From the NCBI RefSeq assembly GCF_006345805.1, contig NC_043007.1:68572001-68636000 (forward strand): a DNA stretch of 64,000 nt. Reading direction: 5' to 3'. Origin of the DNA: Octopus sinensis. Taxonomy: Eukaryota. Positions 39,816-53,654 of this stretch are shown piece after piece. The notes under the pieces were generated by a model, which made no database searches, was not told where the DNA came from, and worked only from the letters and a program-made list of their open reading frames with translations. The first letter of the stretch is position 1, and every line of letters begins with the position of its first letter. Both the position numbers and the translations under genes were made by a program.

Positions 39816-40430
39816 GATATAAGTTGTAGTTATGCCAAATGCAATTAGTCTAGCGTTGGCTTAAACTTTATGTTGCTGATTTAATAAACGGTTTAAATTA
39901 ATAGTTGCAAAACTATTATCTTTTTAGATAACATATAAAAGCAGGAGTTATCTATTTTGATTGCTGTACATTTGGTGTCGAGACGATGTGACAAAACCAG
40001 CACGTGGTTGACAAAGGTTATTAATATTGGATGTGGTGTTTATAATTGTAAAATACATCCAATAACAGCATGGTAAGATGAGATTTTCTAGGTTAATAAA
40101 TTTGTGGAAATATTATTTTATGTCTAACAGGATTCGTTATTAAACCGCTGCTATTTTCATCAACTCCCTGCAGTGACTGTCATTTAGAGTAAGAAATATG
40201 CCACTGGATCATTGAAGTTGTAGGTTAATTATTGAAACATAAGTTCAGTAATTAATAACTAATCTGCAGGATATGTTTAATGGCGCTACTGGTGACGAGA
40301 AAAAAAAAGATTCAACAGTCACCATGTAATATCTGATGCTGATATATCTTCATTCTGAAATATTAGTTTTCGAAAATAGTTATTTTACTTCTTTTTTTCA
40401 TTGAACATATCAAACTAGTTTTTAATCTAT

Positions 40431-40770
40431 GCAGACCTCCCAGAATCAACGAAACAACAAGAAATCATCGGGATGAGTGGCTTTAAGCCGGATGTCGTAC
40501 TCAATTCCTATTCATCAAAGCAACCCACCGTGATTAAACTCACCTTGCCGTTTGAAAGTATAGAAGAGCTATTGGCCAGACTGGCGTATTTGTCGATCTT
40601 GAACAACACATGTTCAAGATCGACAAATACGCCAGTCTGGCCAATAGCTTGAGGGAAGCCAACTTCCGAGTCAAGGTTCTCGCAATAGGTTTTGTGGGAA
40701 AATCTGCTTCTGATCTAAGGAAACAACTCTCGGTCTTTTTGAAGAGCTTGATCAAACCCTAAAGTCTATA
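40431..40770 (+). pseudogene. RLE endonuclease remnant of a HERO/NeSL-like non-LTR element, interrupted by an inverted duplication
   Basis: ADLP..KPDVVL..VIKLTLPFESIEE | HMFKIDKYASLANSLREANFRVKVLAIGFVG fits the PD..ELTxPxE..K..KY..L RLE pattern. Confidence 0.7.
40566..40650. other. Perfect 39-bp stem, 5-nt loop hairpin
   Basis: agctattggccagactggcgtatttgtcgatcttgaaca (40567-40605), loop acaca, tgttcaagatcgacaaatacgccagtctggccaatagct (40611-40649). Confidence 0.98.
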
Positions 40771-40861
40771 TCACAGACAATGGAGAGGTGTTCCGGCTGA
40801 ATCTGGTCGAAGTGAAACAAAAACGACCTCCATACCGTTTGAAGGCATTAGTTTTGTAAGA

Positions 40862-41250
40862 TAAGGCGGCGAGCTGGCAGAAATGTTAGCACGTCAGACG
40901 AAATGCATAGCCGTATTTCGTCTGCTGTTAGGTTCTGAGCTCAAATTCCGCTGAGATCGACTTTGCCTTTCATCCTTTCGGGGTCGATAAATTAAGTACC
41001 AGTTACGCACTGGGGTCGATGTAATCGACTTAATACCTATGTCTGTCCTTGTTTCTCCCCTCTGTGTTTAGCCCCTTGCAGGTAGAAAAGAAATAGGTAT
41101 TTTGTCTGTCTTTATGTTCTGAGTTCAAATTCTGCCGAGGTCGACTTTATCTTTCTACCTTTCGGAGTCGATAAATTAAGTACCATTTGCGTACTAGGGT
41201 CGATCCCCTCCCAAAAAACTTCGGGCCTTGTGCCTAGAGTAGAAAATATT
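40862..41250 (+). mobile_element. Dimeric SINE family A variant
   Basis: Same head-core-linker-core-tail layout as 14754-15135. Confidence 0.9.
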
Positions 41251-42252
41251 TTTGTAAGCTAATGCTAAAAGAAGTAATTCTGAGTAAGTCATTGTGATAG
41301 CGTTGACGTTTCACTGCTACCATGAAAACCAACGTTATTTCTTCCTTAAGTCTATGTTTGAAAGCCGAGTCAACGGAGGTGAGTTATAACTAGATGAAAC
41401 GTTCAAACGGTTCAAATGGACAAGTCCCTAATGTCCCAGTGGGTAAAAAGTGTCAGCAGAAAGGCACCCAGGAGTCATGACCTGGATGCGCTCCCAACCC
41501 CGAGTCTAAGAATTTAAGGTCCGAAACATTTGGGTGAGTGAGGTTTCTTTTCTGAAGACCTTCTGCTTTCTTTAGAGTTACTTGCGACAGACATATACAC
41601 GCCATTATTTATCTAAACTAAATGTGACATAATTTTCTATTAGTTATTAATTTAGTTTACAGTCTACTGGCTAAATATAACAAATTATCAACTAGAATTA
41701 AAGTTATCTCTCCGATAACTACTATACAAAAATGTGAGACCTGTTCATGTAACGGAGTTTTGATGGTCAAACGGGTTGATGATTACGTGAAATACCTTGT
41801 ATTTCGTGTTACTTCCTTTTGCGTTCCAACTCCAAATTACATCGGATCCCACATTATCTTTTATGCTACCAAAAGTGATAAAATCAATACTATGGTTGAT
41901 ATAATTAAGTACTCTCTATTACGTAAAGCTTCAGAATGGCCACAAACTGATGACTGGAACCAGTAAGACAAAAGAATTATAATTCGTGTAAGACAAATTA
42001 AATAGATGTACTTCTAGATACATAGCACTTTGGTGATTTCATATAGGTTGGTTATACTCATTTTTGTGGGCAATAGCCTTCATGCTTTTGTAGGTAGTAG
42101 TCTTCCCATTTTGTGGCTAATAGCCGTCACAGTTCGCTACAATTGCAATGGATACTTTTATTAGTATTTGTAATAAACGATCTGATATATTTCTGCTGCA
42201 ACTGTTACAATGCGTGATGTTGCATTTTTTGTTATAATAATGATGTCTAAAA

Positions 42253-42466
42253 TAAAGGCGGCGAGCTGGCAGAAACGTTAGCATGCCACGCGAAGTGCTC
42301 GGCGGTATTTCGTACGTCTTCACATTCTGAGTTTAAATTCCGCCGGTTTCGACTTTGCTTTCACCCTTTCGAGGTCGATAAAATAAGTACCAGCGGTGTA
42401 CTGGGGTCGATGTAATCGACTTAATCCCTTTCCCCAAATTTCAGGCCTTGGTCTATAGAGGAAAGG
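42253..42466 (+). mobile_element. SINE family A with 17-bp TSD
   Basis: aataatgatg(t/a)ctaaaa at 42236-42252 and 42467-42483. Confidence 0.93.
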
Positions 42467-42939
42467 AATAATGATGACTAAAATTTTACAATGACGATTT
42501 TTATCAGGAGGACAAACCTCAAATTTTAAAGATGTATAGTCAAATATATTGATCCCCGTACACCACTGGTATTTAATACATGATTTATTGGTCCTGAATG
42601 AATGGAATCAGACTGGTTATTGGCAGGATTTTCTCTCAGAATGTAAAGGAGTAAATTTTCCAAATGATATATAGATCAAAACTTAACGGTATTTGATGTC
42701 TACCAGTCATCAATGCTTAGTTCAATGGGAAGTGCCGTAGAACAAGAGACAGAGTGCTAGAATATTGATTTCAAAAGTTTACTCAGCCTCTTCGATTCTG
42801 CTGAACATCTAGAAGGTAGGACTAATACATTCTCAATTCACTCGTAGTGTACAATCTTCAGAATGAGGTTATGAGGTACACAGATATTTAAGCATCAAAC
42901 ACGTTTAGACGATGGGTGTGTCGTGAGGGAGACCGGTAG

Positions 42940-43055
42940 AATAAGTGACAATAATTAAAAACAGTCAGAAGCACTGGGGTAGATTTGCTCGCCCAAGGTC
43001 CTTCAAGGCAGTGCCCCTGCATGGCCGCAGTCCAATGATTGAAACAAGTAAAATA
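42940..43055 (-). mobile_element. SINE family B-like 3' tail fragment (orientation as family B tail on +)
   Basis: ctggggtagatttgctcg..cagtgcccctgcatggccgcagtccaatgattgaaacaagtaaaa matches the tail of the 34555 copy read on +. Confidence 0.55.
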
Positions 43056-43945
43056 TATAAGATAACCTAATGACATATAAATAAAGCTCAGAAAAATAGA
43101 GATTAATGTACTGATCTTTCGGAAATATATCTTGTTCAGTTATTCATTTATGAAGTATGAGCTCATCACAGCTCATATGTTATGAAATCAAGAAGGATTT
43201 CATATATAATACCATCAGCATTCATAAACCAAGTATTTGGTTTATGTGAGGATTCAAGCGTGACTAGTAAAAAACCGGCTTGTTTCTTTATGTCTGAAAC
43301 ACCCGATGCCAACTGGGACTCGAATCGATTCGGGTAGGGTAGAACAGCTACGTCACAATGTACCTAATACGCCAATCCTATGTCTATTATTTTCCAAGTC
43401 AAAAGCTATATATTTGAACAGTTACATATGAATAAACGCATGATATATCATATGAACTTATGATACATCATACTATATCATATGCACATATGTGCATACG
43501 ATATAATACATTTGCGCATATAATGTAATACATATGAGCAAACATGCATATACAGTCATACGCACATACGTGCTATCGCATGCATACCTGCGCGCACACA
43601 CACGCACACAGACAAAAGCACACATACATACAAACACCCACATTCATATATATATAAAAAGACGAATTTTCATTCAAGGTTGTGGCTGGAGGCGAGTACA
43701 CGCCATTGAAAAGGTCCGAAAAGGCCGAAATGTATCTGGCGCTCTCACTAGCCCTCGTTGGGACGAATTTTCACTACTCTCAGCATTCTGTAAGAAATGC
43801 TATGTTAGGAAAAGGCAGCAAAACTATCTACAGGCTCTATACACGAAATATACCCTATAGATGACTATTTTAATTGAAAACTGTCTCAGTTGCATATTGC
43901 TTACACTGGACTACTACTACTTACACCGGACTACTACTACTACTG

Positions 43946-44000
<55 letters not shown>

Positions 44001-44045
44001 AATTGCTGTTGCTGCTGCAGATACATACTTATATATATATATAGA

Positions 44046-44101
<56 letters not shown>

Positions 44102-44102
<1 letters not shown>

Positions 44103-44145
44103 TAGCTGACGTACCCAGGAATACCCGGGAAAGCTGGGCTCATCC
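44102..44145 (-). mobile_element. Helitron-like 3' terminus
   Basis: The minus strand reads cccggg-tatt-cctggg hairpin, short spacer, CTAG|t into a TA array; 5' end not found. Confidence 0.55.
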
Positions 44146-45287
44146 TTTGATCCGTTCTTATAATTGTTTCGCTAATCCAATAACAGCATTACAAAGTATG
44201 TAGGCCTTAAAACGGTTTTAGTGCATTTACAGAGAATACCGAACTGTCTTACACAGGATCTTGTCTTTAGGAATTCCCAATAAGTTATGAATACCAAAAT
44301 TGTGAAATCAGTTACATAATAACCTGAAATTAGTTACCCGATAGTAAGAATTCGAATAAAGTTACCCCCAAAGGGCTTTAATGTGTTCCCAGAGTATATA
44401 GAACTTAGGAGGAAATAGTAATTAGGTGTGTATACTAAAATCTTCAAGCATGTTACGTAATAACAAGCTAATCAGATGTGAGATAATAACAGTTCAAAGT
44501 AAATAATTCTGAAAAGGGCTTTTGTGCATTTCCACAGAATATTACCCTCAGCGGCGCTAGTGTTGGTATATTCGTGAATAAGTCACTAACCTAAATAAAT
44601 GAATCTAATTTTTTAAGAAAATACTATTTACTTGTTTAAGGGTTGTACTGGATAAATTGCGAAAATAACTCTAACAGTTCAAATACTAATAAATAAGCAT
44701 ACGCAATTTGAATTATACCAAATGATTTAGGAAAATGAATGTAGCAATTCCCTTGACTGTTAAAATCTGGGCGAATGGGTTATTTACATTGACTGTTAAA
44801 GTGAAATATATTGGATATATATAAGGATCCCTTCCAGGGCCCCTATTATCAACAATCAAAGTATGCCACGAGGTTTCCAGACATGCCTTGTACTCACGTG
44901 ACAAGTTTCATCAAAATCGATAAAACAATGTAGGATCATTTAGCTAGCAACCCCACAAAGACATCCACAGACAGAATTTCTCACATATGTTGATATATAT
45001 ATATATATATAACATGAACAAGAATGGAGAAAACCACATCTTTAATTGATGATAACGTGATACATTACCGACGATCGTTTCTATTGGGCCAGCTTATTTA
45101 GATACAGAAAAGAAATCGTGTAAAATACCAGTCAAATTAATATATCCTAAAATATTTGCTAAGACAACCTTGTCAAGGCAATCCCACATGGGCTAAATTC
45201 TAAATGGACTAATATTAGTAATACACGAACACATATAAAAGTACATTGCGAAGAAACATAATATGCCAAGAAAAGCAGGATTAGTAT

Positions 45288-45369
<82 letters not shown>

Positions 45370-45396
45370 GCCTGTCTCTGTCTGTCTCTCTGTATG

Positions 45397-45442
<46 letters not shown>

Positions 45443-45580
45443 CAGGTATGTATGTATTTATGCGCACACACACATATATATATGCATGTATACACATACA
45501 TATAATATATATATATAGGGAGAACGAGAATGAGACTGAGAGAGAGAGGGGCAGACAGACAGACAGACAGACAGACAGTC

Positions 45581-45629
<49 letters not shown>

Positions 45630-48600
45630 TGTTTCTTTATTAGCCACACAGGGCTGCACACAGATAGAACAAATTACAAGGTAGAGCTTTTCTTTTGAAG
45701 GTTTAAAAAATAAAATAAAAAAAAATAATAAAAAATAAAATAAAAATAAAATAAAAAAGGGGGGGGTCGATCAAAAGGGATCGTAAAAGGAGAGAAAGAG
45801 GACAAAAAAAAAGGGGGAGAGGAAAAAAATTGATCAATAGGGATCGTTATCACAGAAATGTCAATATGAAGTGTAAAGGGGAGGACAGGTGAGGTTTACC
45901 CGTGGAAAGAAAAGCCTACGGAAAAGACCACGGTAACCTCGGTCAATGAAGTCATATTTTATTTTTTTTTTTTTTTTTTTTTTTTGCAAATAAGCAACTC
46001 TCTGTATTATTTTTACGGTTCATAGAATCATAGTCAAGGTGGCTTCGTCATTCATACGTGCCATCCTTGCTACATTCACCCATCTTTTTTTAAAACATTC
46101 ACTAGACAAAACTTGCCTCTCTACTCTCACTTTTTTCTTCAAGTGATACTTGAAGAAGTTTGAGAGATTGACCAGAGAGGAAAGTGTTTGTCTCTAATCC
46201 TTTCAGACGCGTCCACCAGATACATTCTTTCGCCATAGCCACAAGTATGATAAAAATAGCTCTTCCTTCCCGTTTGAAGGAAGGAGGCGTGACGATATTA
46301 ACGATAGACTCGGCTGATAAACCGACACGTCCCACACGTGACAGCAGTCGTTCGACATAAGCCCACAGGTGGGAAATTCCTGGACACTGCACGATTGCGT
46401 GCAGAGCGGTTTCGTCGCTCTGCCCGCATCTCGGGCAGGTCGGCCCCGTGTTTCTCGAGCCATGCCTATAGAGCTTATCCCGAACGGGTAGCGCTTCTCG
46501 GTAGCACCGCCAGGCCAGGGATCTCTGGAAGTTGTCCATAGGTCCCGGGCCGAAAGTCGTTTGAAACAGGCGGGTCAGGTATTCCTCGTCGACGCCCAGG
46601 TTTGCCCCGAGCTCGTCGTCGTACCTCCCCTCCACTAATCCCCTATAGAATGCTTTGGTTGTGTTGAAGTCACTCAAGGTCGACCCGGACGGCAGAGTTG
46701 CTTGAGAGCAACGCGACACTCGCGGTGCCATTCGCCCTTCTTCGGCCTCTTTTTGATCCACGACTGTAGTTCGGTCATGGAGACGAGTTGCGGGAATGCG
46801 TGCCTCACAAACGGCGACCACCCTGTTCACCGTCGTCTACATAGAGCCGGAGATGTCGCAGTCTCAGCGCGTGTCTGCGCATCATCAACCACGGCATGCC
46901 CAGCCCTCCTTTTAACGGGTGTTGACAGCAAATGGATCGCCTGACCATCGGGACGCATCCTTTCCACAAGAAGCGGAAGAGGATGCGTTCTAGTTTGGTG
47001 ATGGTAGGGTCGGGACAAGGTACGACGGTCAGGCGGTAGTAGATGATGGACGCGATGTACGCGTTCACCACCTCCGCCCGACCTTTTAGGGACAGTTTCC
47101 TCTCGGCCCATTGCTGGGCGAGAGTGACCACCCTACTCGTTATCTCGTTCCAGTTCTTCTCCATTTGGAGGTCCGGACCGATCCAGACACCGAGCAACTC
47201 AACCGGGCCGTCGGTCCAGCGTCCCACGACGGAGGTACTGGTGGACGGCATGGGCTTGCTTCTCCAGGTGCCGAGCCGCAAGCCCACTGACTTTTCCCGG
47301 TTGATTTTTGCTCCTGTCACCGCTTCGTAGTCTTTCAGTGTCTCGCCGACCCGCTCGATGTGCTCGTGGCTTGACACTATGACGGTGACGTCGTCCGCGT
47401 ATGCAGACACGCTCGTCCGCATCCTAATTCTCGCGGGATGCCCCTCAGAGTCGCCAGCTTCCGCAGTAGTGGCTCAAGAGTCAATACGTATAGAAGCGCC
47501 GAGAGGGGGCATCCCTGATGGACCGAACGTGCAATGTCGAAGGGTCTCGATAGATGTCCATTTACGCGAATTACCGAACGGATGCCTCTGTACAAGGCAG
47601 CTATCCAGCCGCGGAAGACGGGACCGAAACCAGCCGCTCTCAGGACTGCCTCCAAGTATCGATGGTCTACCCTATCAAAGGCTTTCGATTGATCCAAGTT
47701 GATCAGGGCCCCACCCATGCCAGGTTCGTTAACTACCCTGTCTATGATGTAGCGCATCAGATGGAGGTTGTCATGGATGCTCCGGCCCGGCACGGCGCAC
47801 GTTTGTGCGTTGTCGACCAGTTTCTCCATGACAAGCGCCAACCTCTTGGCTAACACCTTTGTCAAAATTTTCAGGTCTGCATTGAGCAGAGTGATTGGCC
47901 TAAAGTTATCTATAATGTTTCCCTTGTTTGGATCTTTCTTCAGCAGAGTTACAGCTCCTCGACTCACAAAACCGGGTATGCTCCCGTTTTGCTGCCAGTT
48001 GCAGTATACCACTGCCAAGACGTCTCCAAACAAGTCTGGCATACAATAGTAAAATTCGTAGGGTAGACCATCCAAACCCGGTGATTTGTCCTCGAGCATT
48101 CTGCCATCGCTTCCCGCACTTCCGCCGCCGTGATGGCACCTTCGCAGCACCCTGCCTTTCTTGTCGAGAGTCGTGGCAGGCTATGTAGGTAGGCACTGAA
48201 GTCTACCCTACGTTCTTGCCTCCACTCGTCCCGAACAGTCGGGCAAAATGCTGCTGAAAGGCCTCACACATTTTACTTGGCTCGAGCAATTCGCGCCCCT
48301 GTTCATCTACCAGTGACCGAATGGTGGCTTTGTTGCCCTGTTGCGCCTCTGCCACCCGGGCCTCTCTCGCGGCTCCAACACCTTCGTTCCTTAGAGCACG
48401 CATCCTAGCTCTGACAGCACATCCTTCGTGTTTGGCGTTGAAGTGTTGGTCGAGGGCCAACCTCGCCGCCAAAACGTCGGATGCGATGCCGCTTCTAATT
48501 GCCTCTTCTAGCTTCTTAACTAGCTCACCCTCTACTCTATTTCTATCTATGGCTAGTGCTTTGCTGTACCTAATCGCTTCTGCTTTTACTGCTCTCTTGA

Positions 48601-48804
48601 GGGCAAACCACCATTTGTTGTTGATGATGGCTCCCGTCAAAGCCCTCTTTACTAGTGTGCTAATCCGGTCTCTGAAAACTTGTCTGGACGGGAATGATGC
48701 GTTCAGTTTCCAGTACCCAGGACCCTGTCTATGTGCCTTATCTAAGTCTAGCGTACACGTCACCAATTTGTGATCCGTGTAGCTGACTGTGTGGAATTGT
48801 GGAC
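45630..48804 (-). mobile_element. 5'-truncated Tx1/L1-clade non-LTR retrotransposon (APE end, RT, zinc finger, 3' UTR)
   Basis: SYTDHKLV..GPGYWKLN; KSPGLDGLPYEFY; NFRPITLLNADLKIL; DQSKAFDRVDH; QGCPLS; AYADDVTV; CPRC..ETALHAIVQC; stop at about 46020; AATAAA at 45636-45641 (minus); (TATC)n on both sides; several frameshifts. Confidence 0.95.
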
Positions 48805-48959
48805 TAGATAGATAGATAGATGTGGATATTTTTTTATGAATCGGTGCTACATTTAGTTCAGCAAGATTTTCAATAAAAACTTAGTGGGACCTAAACAAAC
48901 ATCACGTGGTATTTGGTTCAGCAGATAATTTATACTGCTCCTTTTACGCCCTTACAACC

Positions 48960-49619
48960 ATACTATTGCTTCTACTACAGCTAAAACTACTGTTACTACT
49001 ACTGTTACTACAACTTAGTTTAGTAGTTACTCTAAGTTCTGATCAGGATTTTTCTTCAAATACTGATTCTTTGTCCACCATGAGTACTGCGGATTAAAAC
49101 AAGTATGATATCGCTAATGATGGCATCAGTGATTATGATGGTGACAATCACGAAAGGGATGATAATGATGATGACGACAACAACGATGATTATGACACTG
49201 TTGATAATGATGATGTGGAAGAGAATTGGGAGATGGATGATGACAACGGTGATGACGACGTTGATGGTGATGATAATGATGATGATGATGACGACGACGA
49301 CGTTGATGATGATGATGATGATGATAATGATGATGATGATGATGATGAGGATGCTGCTGCTGTTGATGATGATAATGATGATAAGCATGATGATGAAGAT
49401 CAACATCTTCATGATCATCATCATGACGGCGACGACGACGATGATAATGATGATGAAAAGGGGAATGTCTAGGAAACGGAAGAGAAGATGGGGATGGAGG
49501 TAGCTGATAATTAGGATGATGGTGAGAATGAATACTATGAGGAAGATGATGATGATGATGATGGATGACGATGGTGTTGAGGAACATTTATGGTAATAAA
49601 AGTCATATGTATTGCTGCT

Positions 49620-49678
<59 letters not shown>

Positions 49679-50461
49679 GCTACTACTGCTGCTGCTGCTG
49701 CTGCTACTGTTGCCGGTGTTACTGACGCTGCTGCAGATACCAGTTAGTAATGGCAAAAGTGTAGGCGTGAGTTCACATGACGCCATTGGCAATGTAAATG
49801 ATGTGGTCAAGACATTGAACATTTTAATCATCTGGCAGCGAATAAGATGAAAGAAGGACTCGTTAACGTATCTGTTGATCAGTCTGTCTTACTGTGGAAT
49901 GGTAAGACTGAGAAATGAGTGGGAGGAAGATGAAATAGGAAGCAAAAGAAGGCAGGGGAGAAAGGAAGGAAGGAAAGAAGGAAGGAAGGCTGATGATGAT
50001 GATGATGATGATGACGACGACGACGACGATGACGGCGACGACGACGACGACGACGACGATGAAGATGGCGATGACAAGGATGATGGTGGTGGTGGCGGCG
50101 TCCGCAAAGGCGGTGGAGGTCGTGGTGCTGCTGAGAAGAAGAAGAAGAAGAAGAAGAAGAAGAAGAAGAGAAGAAGAAGAAGAAGAAGAAGAAGAAGAAG
50201 AGAAGAAGAAGAAGAAGAAGAAGAAGAAGAAGAAGAAGAAGAAGAAGATGGAAAGAAGAACGAAAAGTATATGATGGAGAAGAATGAGAAGAATGAGAAG
50301 AACGGACATCATTAGATGTTCAAGCACAGCGTGAAGGGAGCATAAAATACCTCCACTGGTCACTTCAGTTTGTCGATGGTGTTACAGTGGATATCCAACG
50401 TCTTTTCAGCATTAAATGAAAAGAGAGACTGGAAGAGAGAGAGAGAGAGAGAGAGAAGGAT

Positions 50462-50500
<39 letters not shown>
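48960..50500. repeat. Compound trinucleotide microsatellite field (CTA, GAT, GAC, CTG, GAA, GA)
   Basis: Direct reading; produces homopolymeric ORFs in all frames. Confidence 0.92.
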
Positions 50501-50506
<6 letters not shown>

Positions 50507-52090
50507 AAAATGGTGAATTTAAATACTGTAGTATTAAGAATTTGATTAACCTTGATTATATGCAAGTAGAGAGACTGGGATCAAATTCTTTGGTGATGTC
50601 GATGATAAGTAGTATGGTATATGTAAACAGTCTTTTGTAAATGTTCTTGCTTTTTATTTCTTACTTTGTCATAATCGAGCGGGTCAATGAACAAAGGCAT
50701 TCCAGCCAGGGTCATTTCCTTTTAAGGCTGTCTAGGAGTACATTATACAACGTATCTTTCCCATCTTCAAACAATTAAAGTGGAGTTTAAGGTAATTTTC
50801 GCTGTCATTTCCAGGTGATCGTGTTTGTTACAGAATCCATGATGTATTTCTTTCGAGTGGTTGCTTTCAGTTTTTTTTTCTTTTCATCCAGGTTTTGCTA
50901 CTATTTCTAGCAGATCCTTCGTCATTTGCTCAATATTTTTAGTACAGCAGTCAGTGACAGACACATTTTCGGGTCCCTGAAACTTAAGCCTAATTTGTTT
51001 TATGGTAAACTCAGTTCTGGTTTTGGTAATTCCAATTTGTCTCCGTTCTGTGTTATACCCCAGCTAATTCTTGGATAGTTCCAGTTACTTTTCAATTATT
51101 CTATGACAAATTCAGCATTTTTTTTCATTTCTGGAGAGATAAGACATTGTGACCGGGGCCGGGGTATTACCACTTGCTCGCTTCTAAATTCCAGGTATGT
51201 TCGTAGTGCTGGTACGAATAGTTGAATGTGTTGATGTGGGCAATTATTCCGTGACGCTAGGTATTCTACATATACGCTTGTGACTTTGGCTAGCCCTAAC
51301 GCTTTTGTTTAAAGTTCTCCATTGTTTTTGTATATCTTGTAACAGGAATGAGTCACAGCCATAGACTAGGTCTAAGTTGCATGGATTTCGATTCGTGCTT
51401 CTGTTTACTTGGGGATGAGAAATCTTATAGTTATTTGTTTACTTAAAGATGAGAAATCTTATAGCTATTTGGGGCTGTTATTGTGACGTGGGCTGTGGTC
51501 TGACCGGTGCAATTGTTGTTGTTAAAGTTGTTGTTGATGATGAAAATGATGAAGATGAAGATGAAGATGATGATGATGAAAATGATGATGATGACGACGA
51601 ACATGATGATGGTGGTGATGATGATAATGCTGAAGACTTTCACTGTTACTTTAATGATATTCACTAGCTACAGACATTGCGAGTTTTCGGTTTCTCAGGC
51701 TTCAATCTCTTTCACGTTGAGTTTTATTTCACTTGTATTAGAATCTATCTCTGACATTTATGAGGTTGGCTAGAGCTAGAATGTAATTCTGAGCTGTTTT
51801 GCTCGTATATATATATATATATAACAAAGGCCACTGGTTAACTTTCCCTCACTGTATTGAAGTTATACAACATACAGTATGGTTTCAGTGACAACACATC
51901 CGTATGATTTCACCTTTAAAAACCTTTGAATATATTTTTAATGCATATTCTTCGAAACATATGTAACAGGAGGTCCCATAGTTTATATTCAAAGTTAACA
52001 AGCATTTTCATTTAGGAAGCCCATTGTTTTACAGAAAAATAATAACCTCCACCACATCATCATCATCACCACCATTATCATCATCATCAG

Positions 52091-52136
<46 letters not shown>

Positions 52137-52514
52137 TTCTTCTTCTTCTTCTTCTTCTTCTTCTTCTTTTTCTTCTTTTTCGTCTTCTTCTTCTTCTTCT
52201 TTTTCTTCTTCTCCTCCTCCTTCTTTTTCTTTTTCACGTTTACAATTTGATCGCTCAAGTTTACTGATGGTTCTCGAGTTTCTCTGGCGCCACTTCATTT
52301 CAAGCTAATTCAAACTTCCGTACATCTTGTAGTGTGCGAGCGTCAGTAGTGGTCAAATCAGTAGCAAAGACGATTTTGACAAAAATTCACACGCAAACGC
52401 AAACATTCACTAACACGCAGATTCACACACGCACACACATATGCGCGCACATACACAGACACATACACCGACACATACACGTACACGCACACACACACAC
52501 AAACACATGCACAC

Positions 52515-52585
<71 letters not shown>

Positions 52586-52889
52586 ATTGGTGTGTGCGTA
52601 TATTCTTCCATATATATATCTACATATACACATATATGTAGATACATACATGCATTAATACAGCTACGCACACACACACATGCACACACAAAAACGTATA
52701 AGACATACATGCATACATACATACATAATACATACATACTCTCTCTCTCTCTTCTATATATATATATATATACATCTAAATACATTCATACACCTAAATA
52801 CATTCATCTAAATACACCTAAATACATTCATCTACGCATAGGCAGATAGAGATATTATGTCGAGTCAAAAGCTTTGCCGTATTTTGGTA

Positions 52890-53040
52890 ATTTATACTAA
52901 CATTCAATGTGGAGGTCATCTTCTTGCACCGTCTGAAACCACTTTTCTGTCAGTTCCTTCATTCCATGATGATATCAGTTCTTGTCTTTCGAAGGGAAGG
53001 ACTGCTTCATTGAAGCTGCCACCACTTCATCGTTGACGGA
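52890..53040 (-). pseudogene. Mariner transposase C-terminal fragment
   Basis: NDEVVA..FPSKDKN.YHHGMKELTEKWFQTVQEDD resembles mariner C-termini. Confidence 0.55.
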
Positions 53041-53439
53041 TTGAATATAAATAAATACGTTCGTACATAGGTTCATGCATGCGTACATACACACATAACT
53101 ACACATGTACATCCACAGTGCATGGTGGCAAAGAGTCTCTTCTTATTGTCTTCTTGATTTTTTGATTTCTCTTAATGTGAATTCTGCAATTTTCTTTTTA
53201 AACATCAAACTTTAGATAATTTCAAACACAGTTTCTTAATTAAATATATTGACTCGCAAATATTTCCAGAGAAATAAATATTTCTTCGTAATATTGAGAA
53301 AAAAAGAAATTATTCGGATCTCATTATTTTTTAATCATTACATTTTTCATCAAAGCAATATTTAGTGCACGCTTGGTAGCAGAGAACGGAGAGCTAGCGT
53401 GTGTGTATATCTTGCTTTAACACGGAAATATAATGTTAG

Positions 53440-53603
53440 CTGTATATGTATGGCTGTATGATACGAAGTTTGCTTACAAACTAATATGGTGTCGGATCCA
53501 GTCCTATTGCGTTACACATAGGAGAAGTACCTCCTACTATAGTCTCGAACCGACCAAAGATGGGCGAATGGGGTTGGTAGACAGAAACTGAAGTAAGCCC
53601 GTC

Positions 53604-53654
<51 letters not shown>

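Noticed and set aside
41400-41545. GC-richer island ending in a gtgagt donor-like site
   Set aside because: All three frames contain stops or lack homology; no acceptor established.
45630-48804. Horizontal transfer of the Tx1 element based on GC content
   Set aside because: Composition alone is not evidence, and an older diverged relative in the same window suggests long residence.
49056-50363. Acidic, His-rich and Lys/Arg-rich ORFs resembling low-complexity proteins
   Set aside because: Compound trinucleotide repeats open in all frames; no splice or codon evidence.
50900-51400. Possible ancient RTE LINE remnant (LVYGCDS on the minus strand)
   Set aside because: A single short motif; the rest does not align convincingly.
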